A stretch of 64,000 nt of DNA from Octopus sinensis (GCF_006345805.1 NC_043000.1:83762001-83826000), one strand, 5' to 3'. Positions 24,991 through 38,381 are shown, numbered from the stretch's first letter. Notes: generated by a model from the sequence alone, not told the origin. Numbers and translations are program-made.

Positions 24991-25803
24991 CATATATACA
25001 CATATATTTATATACACATTAGATTGAGAAAGATGTGAAGAGAGAGAGATGCATCATGTACAGAAACAATCCTAGTAGAGATGGAAGGATATGTGTATAC
25101 TTATATGTGTATACACCCGTATATCTACACATGCATACAATATATACATATATCTATATACACACAATACATATATGTACACATGCATATCTGGAGTGAG
25201 AGAGAGAGGTGACAGAGAGAATGGGGAGAAAAGAAAAAAAATGTTTTAAATATGTATTGATTGATATGTTTGCACAGAAGTATTTTGGCAGAAAATATCT
25301 CTTCGAACTGGGATCATAGGGAATTTCTGAAAATTATATATATAAGATAGATACAAAGATAGATATTTTCAGTATGATGGAAAGAGAAAAAAATGTAACT
25401 ACTGTACTGTCTGAAAACACCTGAAAAATATGTAGCCTATATGTTTACAACAAAAGAAATCAAATTAAGTTGTTATATTTACCTGATACACAATAATGTT
25501 GTAACATGTAAACAGAATAAAAACAAAACTCACCTGAAAATTTTGCCTAGTGAGAATTTTTGAGAATTAAACAAAAAAAAAAAAAAATTGCATACACACA
25601 TTTGTTCCAGTTACTATTCTAAGGAAGGTAATGTTATCACATGGAATGGAAAGTTAAAATTTGTTTGGGAAATTATTTGAATTTTCCATAAAATACATGG
25701 CATTGTCAAAAATTTTAAATGTAATACTTAAACCTCATATTTTTGTATTTTTTTGAAGATACTTTCTGTGCAGTATATTAATTTCATAGTATACAATATT
25801 TGA

Positions 25804-26002
25804 AGGCGGTGAGCTGGCAGAATCATTTGCATGCCGGGTGAAATGCTTGGTGGCATTTCATCTGCCACTATGTTCTGAGTTCAAATTCTGCTGAGGTTGA
25901 CTTTGCCTTTCATCCTTTCGGGGTCAATGTAATCACCTTAGTCCCTTTGTCTGTCCTTGTTTGTCCCCCCCTATGTTTAGCCCTTTGTGGGCAATAAAGA
26001 AT
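25804..26002 (+). mobile_element. tRNA-derived SINE with Meta-like core; many copies (9130-9310, 40800-41005, 46565-46950, 50675-51560, 52455-52640, 54335-54540, 56113-58153, 61560-61770, 63340-63525)
   Basis: GGCGGTGAGCTGGCAGAATC...GAGTTCAAATTC...GACTTTGCCTTTCATCCTTTCGGGGTC. The GCCTTTCATCCTTTCGGGGTCGAT..AAGTACCAG core resembles the MetaSINE central domain. Confidence 0.8.
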
Positions 26003-26494
26003 TAAATATGCAGTATTTCATTCAGACTCATTTCAAATTTTGGTTATTTTGAACTCATATTTCCAGTTTTCTTAGAGATTTTCAAGACATACATACATGT
26101 ATATGTATGCATACACACACATACACACATACATGTATATATTTATGGATGTATATATATAGGTTCCTCTGCGGATGAACTCATTGGTAGTCAATAGCCA
26201 TCCAACAAAATGTATATATGTAATATACTGTTATCTTATTTTATTTATATCTACATTTATATTTATATTTTAAATTTGATGTATTTAATTTCATATATTA
26301 AGGGGAAATTGCAACAGTGAAATTGTCACAAGATGATCTAGGTGCATCCTAGATCTAAGGATTGGCATCTCATAGACCATGTTATCACTAAGAAATGAGA
26401 TATTGGGAACTTTAACATTACACATTCCTTTCATGACATCTGCTATCTTTCTGACCATTCTCTTGTCTATAGTAAGGCTACGTTCCATCTGAAA

Positions 26495-28430
26495 CACGCA
26501 GGACTACAAAAGTCATCAGTGCCTAAGTGCATTAAAACTTGAAAAGCAGGCTGAGCTCTCTATCAAGGTGGACACTGCACTCATCACTGTTTATATCAAT
26601 GATGACATAGAATCATCTTGGAAGGCTCTGCATGATGCAACACACTCTACATCTGTAGAGGTTCTTGGATTTCCTGTTTGTAAACATCAAGATTGGTTCA
26701 GTGATAACAACACAGATTTCCAACAGTTGCTAGATAAAATGCACAACTCTCACAAAACATGGATAAATGAGAAGAGCTCATCCAGAAAAGAGAATGTTTA
26801 CAAGAAATGCAGAGGCCAGGTCCAATGTGCTCTGAGACAGATGAAGGAGGCTTGGTGGCCTTCTAAGGCTACCGATCTCAAAGAAGCTGCAGACAGAAAG
26901 GATTCTAAAGCCTTTTATGATGGCATGATGTCATAATGTCTATTCCACAGCACACTGAAATACTGGAACCATCTCTGGAGCCAGCCTTCCTAGAAGTGGT
27001 AAACTCTATTAAATAGATCTCTTCTGGTAAAGCACCTGGCAGGGATGCTGTCCCTCCTGAAATCTACAAGCATGATAGACAGAAGCTTTTTAAGAAACTG
27101 CATGACCACTTCATAAATATTTGGATGGTAGGCTGTGTACCACAGGACTTCAAGGATGCCTCAATTCAACATCTTTATAAGAACAAAGGAAACAGAAATG
27201 TATATGATATTGTTTCTGTCTATTGCTGGTAAGATTCTTGTTCAACTCATTCTTGACAGGATCATCAAACACATTGTAAATGATATCTATCTAGAATTAC
27301 AGTGTTGATTTCCCTCTGGTTGTGGTACTATCAACATGATCTTTTCCTTTCAACAGGTCATGGAGAAGGTATAGGAGAAAACCTCATGATATTCATTGAC
27401 CTTACTAATACTTTTGACACTGTTAACTGGCAAGCACTATGGAAAGTTCTGAAAAAGCTTGGTATACCTGACAAGATGTTGAATGTTATCATCTTTCATG
27501 AATGAATGAAGGCTACTGTTGTGTCCAGTGGGGAATCTTTGGCTTCCTTCAACATTACAAATGGCACAAAGCAAAGCTGTGTTATGGCTCCTGTTTTGTT
27601 TGCACTCTTCTTTTCAGTGATGCTGAGGTATGCTTTTGGCAACATACAAAGTGGTGTTAAATTCCAGTTTTGAACAAGTGGTGGACTATTCAATCATCAG
27701 CATTTAAAAACCAGAACACTGCTACACACCAGTATTATTCATGATCTACTTTTTGAAAGTAGTGACCTCATTAGAAGAAGCTCAGGAACTTCTGGACTGG
27801 TTTTCTGCTGCATATAAAACCTTTGGTTTGACCATCAGCATAAAGAAGACAGAAGTAATCCACCAAACTTGCCCTACTTTTAAACAAAGTTGAGATGTCA
27901 AGCAGAGGCCACTGATTCACAATTTTCCTGACCCTCCTATACAGGTTGATGGGATAAAACCTACATTATGCAAAGTCATTTACATATCTTGGTAGTAAAG
28001 TGAACTCAAGTGCTTCCCTTGATGATGAAATTGTCAACTGTCTTGCAAAGGCAACCAATGCATTTGGCAAACTCTGTAATTGCCTATGGAATGAAAGGGG
28101 CATCAAACTTGACACCAAAGTTTATAAAGCAGCCATTCTTACTACTCTCTTGTATGGCTCAGAATTGTGGATACTCTATAGACAAAACATTAACCAACTA
28201 GACATCTTCCACAAAGGCTCTCCGAGGAGAATCTGAGGTTATTTATTAAAAAACAAATTTCTAATGTCAACCCATTTAGCAAGTGTAAGATTGGTGGAAT
28301 TGAAAGCTTCCTTATGCAATCACAATTACACTGTGTTGGCCATGTCATCAGAATGAGTAACGAAAGAATACCAAAACTCCTTATGTACAGCCATCTTGAA
28401 AGTGGGCACAGGGATGTTGGTCAACCATAG
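26495..28430 (+). mobile_element. Decayed RTE-clade LINE (BovB/RTE-1-like RT)
   Basis: GKAPGRDAVPPEIYKH, VPQDFKDASIQHLYKNKG, FIDLTNTFDTVN, GTKQSCVMAPVLF, FGLTISIKKTEV, FTYLGS, VYKAAILTTLLYGSE, with stops and frameshifts. Confidence 0.9.
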
Positions 28431-28588
28431 CTCATTTCAGTACCCTATCATCTCTTAGAGGCTCAACATCTTCTGTGTGTGAGTGTGTGAGTGTGAGTGT
28501 GTGTGTGTGAGCGTGAGTGTGTGTGTGCGTGAGTGCACACATGCATGTGTGTGTATACATATATACAAACTTATATACATACCTATAA

Positions 28589-28643
<55 letters not shown>

Positions 28644-28736
28644 AATAAGGATAATATCGATGTTTGAATATCGATATTATCAAGTGGCTAGCATGGGAAA
28701 AAATACCATACAAAGGTAGACACCCTTATTTATAGT

Positions 28737-28778
<42 letters not shown>

Positions 28779-28811
28779 CATACATATGCATATATGTACA
28801 TACAAATATGT

Positions 28812-30836
28812 CTGTATGGATGATGGTACACTTGCATTTAATGATTCTGCAAAGAAAGAGTCTTGGAAATGCCATTATGAAAGGTTGCTAGATATAGAGA
28901 ATGAATGGAAAAAGGAGAGTCTGCTAATTGTTGAACCAACAAAAGGACTAGCTATCTGAATTGACAGTAACTTAGTAGATAAATAATTAAGGACATAAAG
29001 ACAAGGAAAGCCACTAGCCCATCAGGAATTTCCACTGAGATGCTTAAAATATCTGGTGGAGTAGGATATAACTTAGTCACCTGTATAGTTAATGAGGTTG
29101 TCCATGAGTGAGTCATACACAATGATTAGTGTAACAGCATCATAATCAACTGCTACAAAGGCAAAGCTTACACTTTAGATAGGAATAATTACAGAGGCAT
29201 CAAACTGACATACCAGGTGATGAAAGTCATACAGAGGTCATATCTCAATTAGAGAGAGAATTAGTGTAGATGAAATGCAGTTCAGATTTGTGCCAGGCAG
29301 GAGCATGACTGGTGGTAAATTCCTGGTTAGGCAACTGCAGGAGAAATATTTAACCAAATGTTGACATGGAGAAAGCCTTTGACAGAGTCTCCTGATCCCT
29401 TATCTGGTGGTCAATATGGAAGCTAGGAATAAATGAGTGGTTGGTGAGAGCTGTACAAATCATGTACAAGGATGCTGTCTGTAAGGTGAAGGTTAGCAAT
29501 GAGTATTGTGAGGAATTCAGGGTACAAGTAGGGGTTCACCAAGGATCAATCCTCAGCCCCCTCTTGTTTATCACAGTTCTCCAGGCAATAAGAGAGGAAT
29601 TTAAGATGGGTTGCCCCTGGGAGTTCCTCTATGTTGATGACCTTGTTTTGATAGCTGAATCAATACTAGAACTAGAGAAGAAATTTCATGTGTGGAAGCA
29701 AGGTCTAGCTAAATCAGTTAATCTAGCAAAGACCAAAGTCTTAGTCAGTAAGAGAGCTGACAAATCACAAATCCCTTCAGATAGATGGCTCTGCTCAATC
29801 TGTAGAAAATGTGTAGGTAGTAACTCCATAATATGTAACTGGTGTAAGCTATGAACACATAAGAAGTGCACAGATATAATTAACACTAAAAATGACACCA
29901 TCAAATGCCAAGGGAAAAACTAGAAGTAGTTGATAGTTTCTGTTACCTAGGTGACCAAGTTAGTTGCAGAGGTGGATGCTCCAAGAGCATAGCTGCAAGA
30001 ATAAGGATAGGCTGGGCATAGTTCAGAATGCTCCTACCTCTGTTGGTAACAAAGAGTGAAAGGCAGATTGTACAATGTCTGTGTCCGAAGAGACATGCTA
30101 CAAAGGCAGTGATCACCGAGGAAATGTGAAGGCATGAAAGAAGTGAAACTAGTATGCTTTGCTGGATGTACATTGTCAGTGTGCATGTACAACAGAGTAT
30201 AAGCATCTTGAGAGAAAAGTTGGGCATAAGAGGCAACTACACTGGTACAGTAATGTAATGTGTATAGATGAGGACAACCGTGTAAAGAAATCTGATCTCT
30301 AACTGTGGAGGGAACCTGTGGAAGAGGTAGACCCAGGAAGGCATATAACAAGGTGATGAAGCATGATCTTCGAATGTTGGGCCTCATGGAGACAATGACA
30401 AGTGATCAAAACCTTTGGCGATATGCCGTGCTTGAGAAGACCTGTCAAGCCAAGTGGAATTGCAGTCATGGTCAATGCTAGTGTTATGTAACTGGCACCC
30501 AAGCCAATGGCCTGTAAAAAGCACCATTCAAACTTTGGTCCACATGGAGGCAGTGACAAGTGACTGAGACTTTTGGCAAGACATCATGCTTGGGAAGACC
30601 TGTCAAACCAAGTGAGATCCTAGTCATGGTGTTTTTGTTACTAGCACATGTACTGGGTACACATAAAAAGCACCTACTACACTCTTGGAGTGGTTGGTAT
30701 TAGGAAGGGTATCCAGCAGTAGAAACCACGCCAAATCAAATTGAAACCTGGTGCAGCTCCCCCAGTTTACCAGTTTTCAGTCAAATCATCCAACACATGC
30801 CAGCATGGAAAATGGACATTAAATGATGATGATGGT
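28812..30836 (+). mobile_element. Decayed RTE-clade LINE (second family) with 3' tail
   Basis: NYRGIKL, DMEKAFDRV, VGVHQGSILSPLLF, LYVDDLVLIA, NLAKTKVL plus a Cys-rich insert. Ends in the GATGATGAT tail. Confidence 0.9.
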
Positions 30837-30912
30837 GATATATATATATATATGAGTGTGTGTGCATGTGTGTGTGTGTGTATATATATATGTATGTGTG
30901 TGTATATATGTA

Positions 30913-30955
<43 letters not shown>

Positions 30956-31128
30956 ATATATATATAGTTTTGTATCACAGTATATCCCCATGTACCTAGT
31001 CCTGCATCACTTCATTTATGAGAATCTGATACCCCTCACTGATTATAGCAACAAGTTGCTCACTACATCCACCAGCTGTAACAGTATACCTTTGATAGTT
31101 GGACTAACATATATATTTTAATACTCAC

Positions 31129-31190
31129 TTTTCAGAATATCGCATCCAGTATTTTGGAACCTCCAGTTGAAACTTGTGCATTAAACGAAA
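31129..31190 (-). CDS. TBC1D32: TBC1D32 coding exon, FRLMHKFQLEVPKYWMRYSE(K), phase 0 to 2
   Basis: Acceptor ttatattgcag, donor gtgagt, 62 nt. Matches the recalled human segment [21 protein letters not shown]. Confidence 0.92.
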
Positions 31191-31527
31191 CTGCAATATA
31201 AGCATGAAATAGTTTTATGCTGTGGCAACAATTAATTTGATTAAACGATAAAGATATTTATGTGATGTTCTAAAGCTAAACATATAACTTGAAATGACAG
31301 ACACACATTCAGCTTTCTTTTGTTGATAATGAAGTAACAACGTATACCGAAATATCAGAGGGAAAAATACTCGTTACTGATAACTGTTAAACTCTTTGCC
31401 CATTGGTGATACTCTTTTCACATTTTCAGAAATTTCACATTGTTTTCTTTCTCAAGCTTACCAAGCTGGTAGACCTGAGGTTGTTATTCAAACCATATTG
31501 TAGAATTTATGTCACTCAAGACTTAAA

Positions 31528-31922
31528 TCTATATATATAAAGCTGAAATTGTCTGTGTGTGTGTGACAGGTTTGGTAGCCTTCAACTAACACTATCTCCT
31601 CCGAGACCCTGCAGCTCAAGTTGACCAAAATTGAGAGTATGATAGAAGAAGGCTTGCTCTTCATTCCATAGAGGATAAAATTCAAATCGGTTCATGTTAA
31701 GACCCAAAATTATTTACATCAAAAAGGTGCTTTTTTGTCTATGAAAATCCCCATTTTTTATGATTTTTTGACAGTTATGTTGCCATTTTTCGGTGTATTT
31801 CGACCAGAAAAATGTTCAATTAAAGAGAATAACAAGCTACATAATGCAAAATTTTTACTTTTCAAAAATTCCAATTCTAAAGGGTCGAAACAAACCCGAG
31901 CAATGCTGGGCGATACTGTTAG
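31528..31922 (+). mobile_element. Non-autonomous Helitron
   Basis: Starts a|TCTATATATATAAAGCTG. Subterminal hairpin CCCGAGCAATGCTGGG, ends TTAG|t (degenerate CTAG). Inserted between A and T. Confidence 0.75.
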
Positions 31923-32106
31923 TAGTAAATAAAGCACTAATTTTCCTGCAAGAGGGTATATGAATGAACAAGTCTGACAGAGTATTAATGTTCAAGTGAG
32001 TTGAATGATCATAATGATGATGATCATCATTTAATGTCCATAATATAATTCTATATTTCTGAGATGAGGAATTTATTTATATGTATATACTGCTTGTATT
32101 AGTGAG

Positions 32107-32942
32107 GCTGGTGTCCTCATCTTGATTGTTGCTTTCACTATGTTTCAGCCATTGAATGCTCCACCCTTCTTCAGGTGTCTTGTGTTGAACTCAGTTGTAT
32201 TGGAAATCGAACCTAACCCTCTGTTTCAGAGGTTCTCAACCATTTTTTATCTATGGAACCCTTTTATTACTATTTCATTCAGGTGGATCTCCATAGCCAC
32301 TCAATACAGTCTTATAGAAACTTCTTTCAAAATTCCTATATCGTTTTCCACACATTAACTTGCGTAGGTTGAACTATGTCAAATGTTAAAGAAAGCAAAA
32401 TCTTTTCAGGGAACCTTGAAATGCTATTGTGGATCCCCAATTTACTATTTTGTTGCATAGACCCTCACCTCCCCCTATCTTATATGGACCCTCAGGGGAC
32501 ATTTGGACCCTGGTTGAGAATCACTGCTGTATTTGATTCACAAGGATACAATGATGTCATTCTGCTCTCTGCGTCTCCTGCAATTTCTTTTTTTTTTTTT
32601 GTTTACTTCAGTTGATTTTTTTGTGAATTACCTCAGTGCCTTGACTGGGACTGAACTCAGAATGGCTATAGCATAGTAGATAAAAACGTTGCAGTCACTT
32701 AGGGATTCTGAGTTCAATCCCACTAAGGTAATTCACAAAAAAAATCAACTGAAGCAGCAAAAAAAGAAGTTACAAAACACAGAGTATAGTATGAGAACAA
32801 TGTACCTCTGTAGAACAAATAAAAGGTTAGGTTTGAAATTCCAGTAAAACAACTGAGTTTAATAGAAGACACTTGAAGGAGGCTGAAGCATACAACAACC
32901 AGAATGTAGTGAAAGCAACAATCAAAATGGGGACACCAGTCC
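32107..32942. repeat. Long fold-back of Penelope pseudo-LTR-like sequence, left arm interrupted by a MITE
   Basis: 32107-32225 plus 32527-32638 is the reverse complement of 32720-32942 (e.g. cttcagttgatttttttgtgaattacct / aggtaattcacaaaaaaaatcaactgaag). Confidence 0.8.
32227..32526. mobile_element. hAT-like MITE
   Basis: TIRs cagaggttctcaacca / tggttgagaatcactg. Degenerate 8-bp TSD ctctgttt / ctgtattt. Confidence 0.75.
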
Positions 32943-33509
32943 GACTAACATAAACAGTATATATAATTTAATATCCATGTTCCATGCTGCCATGGGTTGG
33001 ACAGTTTGATAGCATCTGATGAGTCTAAGGATAGCATCATGCTCCAGTGTCTGCTTTGGCTTGGTTTCGATGGTTGGATGCCTTTCCTAATACCAATCGC
33101 TTTACAGTGTGAACCGGGTGCCATTTTAGTCCCACCAGCACTATTGATGTTGCCATGTGACTTGCAAGACCACAAACTCTGAAGGAAGTGGAGAGTTGGC
33201 ATAATGTTAGGGAATGAGTAAAGGAGGAGTGGTGGTGATGGGGGAAGGGCAAAGCAGGCTCTTGTAGAAGAACTGCATGGTTAGTAGGGGAGGGAAAGAA
33301 TAAGAGCTGTGAATAATATATATGTATATGTGTGTGTGTGTGAGAGAGAGAGAGAAAGAGAGAGAGATATCAAAATGTCAAGTATCAAGTTGAATACAAT
33401 TCTTGATTCCTCTGGAAGATAAATCCATCAAATGGATTTCCTGGGAGTCAGTTCCAATTAACTTGAGTTGGTCCACAGCAGAGTTTCCACATAGAATAAC
33501 TTAGTTAAG

Positions 33510-35011
33510 AATAAACTATTATACCTGGTATTTGATAATCTAAAGAAAGCCATTGATAGGGTGCCCCACTGTGTGATATGGTGAGTTCTACGGAGGCTAG
33601 GGATAGACAAGTGACTAGTGAAAGCTGTACTGGCCATGCACAAAGACGCTGTCAGTAAGGGGAAAGTTAACCATGAGTACAGTGAAGAATTTGATGTACA
33701 TGTAGGGGTTCATCAAAGTTCAGTCCATAGTCCACTTTTTTTATTATTGTCCTTCAGGCCATAACAGAAAATCAAGACCGGCAGCCCCTGAGAACTACTA
33801 TATACTGATGATCTTGCCCTCATAGCAGATTCCATATCAGAGCTAGACGAGAAATTCTAGGTGTGGAAGAAAAACCTGGAATCTAAGGCCCTTAAGGTTA
33901 GCTTAGCAAAGACTAAGGTCCTAGTAAGCAAGAAAACTAACAGAACACTCCCCCACTCAAGTAGGTTGCTCTGTTCGATTTCTAGGAAAGGTGTAGGCAG
34001 GAACTCCATATGGTGTACCCAGTGTAAGCTATGGACACATAAGAAGTGAGGTGGATTAATATGAAGGTTATCAACGAAAATAGTTTTCATATGTGAAAGA
34101 CGCACAGGATCCATAAAAACTTTAAGAGACTCAATTGCTCTGGTGGCTTATTAGAGGTAGTAAATAATTTCTGCAATTTAGGGGACCAAATTAGTAGTGG
34201 AGGAGGATGCACAGAGAATGTGACAGCTAGAACAAGAATAGGATGGAGGAAATTCAGTGCGCTGTTACCTTTGTTGGCCATGAAAGGTTTCTCTCTTTGA
34301 ATGAAAGAAAGGTTGTGTGACAGGAATTTTATATGGTAGTGAGACATGGGCCCTGAATGCAGAAGACATGCAAAGGTTAGAAAGGAACGAGGTTAATATG
34401 TTCCATTGGATGTGTAATGTAAGTGTACACATTCGACAGAGTGCTAGTGCTTTGAGAGAGAAGTTAAGCATAAAAGGAACTGGTTGCTGAGTGCAAGAGA
34501 GAAGACTGCACTGCTTTGGTCATGTGATGCAGATGGATGACAACAGCTCCATTAATTAGCACTGATCTCTCAAAGTGGATGAAACATGTGGAAGTGGGAG
34601 ACCCAGGAAGACATGGGATGAATTAGTGAAGAATAACCTCAGGATATTGAACTTTGCAGGCAAGATCACAAAGAACGGAGATACCTGACAACTTGCTGTA
34701 TTCAAGAAGACCCATACTCCACAGCAGGAGTGTTAAGACCAATCCCTGTAGTGGTGTAAAACCGTGCCAATGCCATGTAAAAGTGCCTGTGCAGCCCCAC
34801 ATAAGAGCACCCATGCAGTACCATGTAAAAGCACCCAGTACACTCTGTAAAATAGTTGGTTGGTTGGTGTTTGGAAAGGTATCTAGCTGTAGAAACCTTG
34901 CCAAATCAGACTGGAGTCTGGTGCAGGTCCCCAAGTTGCCAGCTCTGGCCAAACAGTCCAACCCATGCCAGCATGGACAATGGACATCAAATGATGATGA
35001 TGATGATGATA
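33510..35011 (+). mobile_element. Decayed RTE-clade LINE (same family as 28812-30836), 5'-truncated
   Basis: LKKAIDRVP, VGVHQSSVHSPL, LLYTDDLALIA, SLAKTKVL, LYGSETW, and the shared 3' tail ending (GAT)n. Confidence 0.88.
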
Positions 35012-35366
35012 AGTAACCTGTTCATTACAGCAATTAGTTGTATGTAGTCATGATACCTATTGACATGAAGTAAGTAGACTGAGTCACTGAAAGTTAAAGA
35101 GTTGATCCTTGACATAACAGAGTGCTGGAGATGTGATCTGAAATGCTATTTATTAGGTTTGTAGATCAACATTCTATCCATTGAACTATGTCATCTTGGA
35201 TAATCAGAAAACAATTAATTAGGATATAGTAATCCTTGTTCACTGCCCAACCAATATACGTCTACACAAATCAAAAAACAACAAAATCAATATTCTAAAA
35301 ATTAAATCAAAGGATTAATGGAGATTTATTCTGAATGACAACACAGTTGATATAAAAGAAACTAAC

Positions 35367-35473
35367 CATTTTAAAAATTTTTACCATTTCTGGTGCCATG
35401 ACATTTAAACCATTTTGTAGTGATATCGATGGATGATCCTCATGTGATAGAATTTGGAATATCAAAGACTCCA
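35367..35473 (-). CDS. TBC1D32: TBC1D32 coding exon, (V)ESLIFQILSHEDHPSISLQNGLNVMAPEMVKIFKM, phase 1 to 0
   Basis: Acceptor tattttcacag, donor gttagt, 107 nt. Lies within ORF 35307..35627. Aligns to the recalled human segment ...LSAGVDITNPNMTRLLKK. An in-frame alternative donor (gtaaaa) lies 18 nt upstream. Confidence 0.87.
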
Positions 35474-36100
35474 CTGTGAAAATACAGCACAACATTAACA
35501 TATTTTTAGGTAACATGCTCTTAATTTTAATACTTGGAGCAAAATCTGACATAAATAGGTAAAAGACATTTCCATAAATTAGAAATTTATTGACTATAAA
35601 ATCCAATACTTTTTTCCCTGAAGGCAAAATTTAGCCAATTTTATTGAGGAATACATTATTATTGGAAGATTTAGTGTTCATGAGAATAATAAAAATAAAA
35701 AAAAAACTTTTTCGCATTTTTCAGAAGTGAACCAGCCACCTTTTATTTGATCATCTACAGCAGGATAGAATGCATTGATTGGTAAATTAGTAGTCATAGT
35801 GTGTTAGTGAGAGATGGTCTGCCTAGCAGTTGGATGGCTTTTATTTAGATGCAATGTAGAATGGTTTTCTTTATCTTTATCTTCTATCTTTTACTTGTTT
35901 CAGTCATTTGATGGTAGCCATGCTGGAGCACCACCTTGAAGGGTTTTAGGCAAACAAATCGACACCAGGAATGATTTTTCTAAGCCCAGTACTTATTCTA
36001 TTAGTCTCTTATGCCAAACTGCTAAGTTAACAGGAAGTAAACACACCAACACTGGTTGTCAAGGAGTGGTGGGGAAGAAACACTGACACACAGACACATA

Positions 36101-36256
36101 CTGTCATGGTCAAAAGTTTGGAACATAGGCCTGAAAATTAGAATTTTTATATTAAATACCCCGAAATATATAGATTGTATATATTTGAACCGAATTTTAT
36201 TGGGGTATAACAATTTTAATTTTTAAGAAACTGTTCCAAACTTTTAGCTTTGACTG
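36101..36256. mobile_element. Tc1-like MITE nested in a SINE microsatellite
   Basis: TA|ctgtcatggtcaaaagtttggaaca ... tgttccaaacttttagctttgactg|TA. Confidence 0.7.
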
Positions 36257-36260
36257 TACA

Positions 36261-36342
<82 letters not shown>

Positions 36343-36373
36343 GGGTTTAGGTCAGCTTGAGGCTATTTTGGTT

Positions 36374-37492
36374 GACCTGAAGCAATAGTAGAAGACACTT
36401 GCCCAAGGGGCCATACAGTGGGACTAAGTCCAGTACAATGCGATTGGGATGCAAGCTTCTTACCATACAGCCACACCTGTTTATATGTGTAGAAGCTGCA
36501 TCCGTGAGAGGCTACTTTATGTGAGGTACATTTAGGTCTTGTAGAATGTTGGAAGCTGAAGTACATTTTGGTTGAAGGAGGTGAAGTCTAATTCAGAATT
36601 GCAGTTTTGGCTATAAATCTGTAGTTGCAATTAAATGTTGGATGGTTTGGTATTTGTAATGAGTTCCAGGATTTAGTATACCATGTTATTGTTGACTAAT
36701 GTAGTCCAGTGTGCTGTTCCTGACCAAGAAGCATGTAGAACAGGATATTATTCTTGACTAAGAGGAATGTAGGACAGTGCATTGATGTAATGAATGCGTC
36801 CTGGTGCTCTTGAATGAAATTGTCACAACCTTATTCAAGGATGTTACTGAGGTTTCTATTAACAGAAATACTGTGATGGGATGACTAAGATGCATGAAGA
36901 TGACATGGGTGTATGAAAGATTCAAAGTTGGTACCATCTGCCTAGGTGCACATATATTCACTTAAAGCAGTTTGTAGATGTAGAGAAGAAGCATACGAGA
37001 TTTAAACATTTAGCATTTACCAAGGCTATATTTAGTCCAAATATTCTACCTGTTTTATGTTCAAATTGGCCAGATCTGGCCTCTCACACTGACCCTACAA
37101 TTTCATTCTAAAAATAAACAATCACATCATTGAAATTTCAAAGCTACAGCATAATGCATAAATAAACATATCTGACAAAATGATTTGAATGCTATGGAGC
37201 TGTGGGTTAAGCAGAGCCCCATAAAAATGTGATTGAGCAGAAAGCTTCTCATTTAAGAGTTGAGAGATGATAGAAAATCTCTGTCAAACAATTTTGTCAA
37301 GAAGTTCTCATGGTGTAGGGAAAGGGAAGCAATAGACCTGAAGCAATAGTAGAAGACACTTGCCCAAGGGGCCATACAGTGGGACTAAGTCCAGTACAAT
37401 GCGATTGGGATGCAAGCTTCTTACCATACAGCCACACCTGTTTATATGTGTAGAAGCTGCATCCGTGAGAGGCTACTTTATGTGAGGTACAT
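36374..37492 (+). repeat. Exact 158-bp direct duplication (36374-36531 = 37335-37492)
   Basis: Identical by eye, including the non-SINE flank ...gcatccgtgagaggctactttatgtgaggtacat. Confidence 0.9.
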
Positions 37493-38381
37493 AATGTAAT
37501 GCTTATTTATTTACATTGATATGAATTAGTCATACATTACTTTGTAACTTTGAGATTTCAATGACATTATTGTTTATTTTCAGAATAGCATTGTAGGGGA
37601 AGTGCGAGAGGCTGGATCTGGCCACTTTGAAGATACAACAAAGTTGAAAATTTTGGCTGGATATGGCCGGTTTAATTGCTAAAAGATTAATCAAAATGAA
37701 TGTTCAGAAAGGAACAACTTCTAACTAATTTAGATGAAGCCATATATACAAATTCTCTAAGACACTAAGAAATTAAGAAAATACTAAGATTAAGAAAATT
37801 TTGGCTCTTATACTAAATGAGGAATGTGCTAACTTATCATATTGTGTCTGAAAAGTAATATAGATATTTTGCAAGACAAAATCTAAAATCTCTCTGAAGA
37901 ATTATCACATTTGTTGAATGAATAACCAATAGATTCTAGAAATGATATGTTGAGCACATGTGGGAATGGCTCCAATATTAGGCTGTTTTCTGTTTACAAT
38001 AATAAAACAGTTGTGAATTAAGCAAAATAATGACTGGAACAACAAATCTAAGCAGCTTCTGACTTCATATAAATATGTACGAGAAACATTCTCATCATAT
38101 AATTTCCTATACGTTGTTCTATACTCACAATACATACATACATACATACATACATAAAATACAATAAAGTTACTCAGTGTGTGTGCGTGAGTGTGTGTGT
38201 ATATCATTTCTAAACTGACTATATATATATATATACACATATATATATATAATACAATTCTAAACTTACTGCGTGTATGCATGTGAGAGAGTGTGTATGG
38301 GTGTGTGTGTGTATATATACACTTCATAGCCAAAAAGACTAAACTTACTGTATGTATGTGCGTGTGCATATAATTATATAT

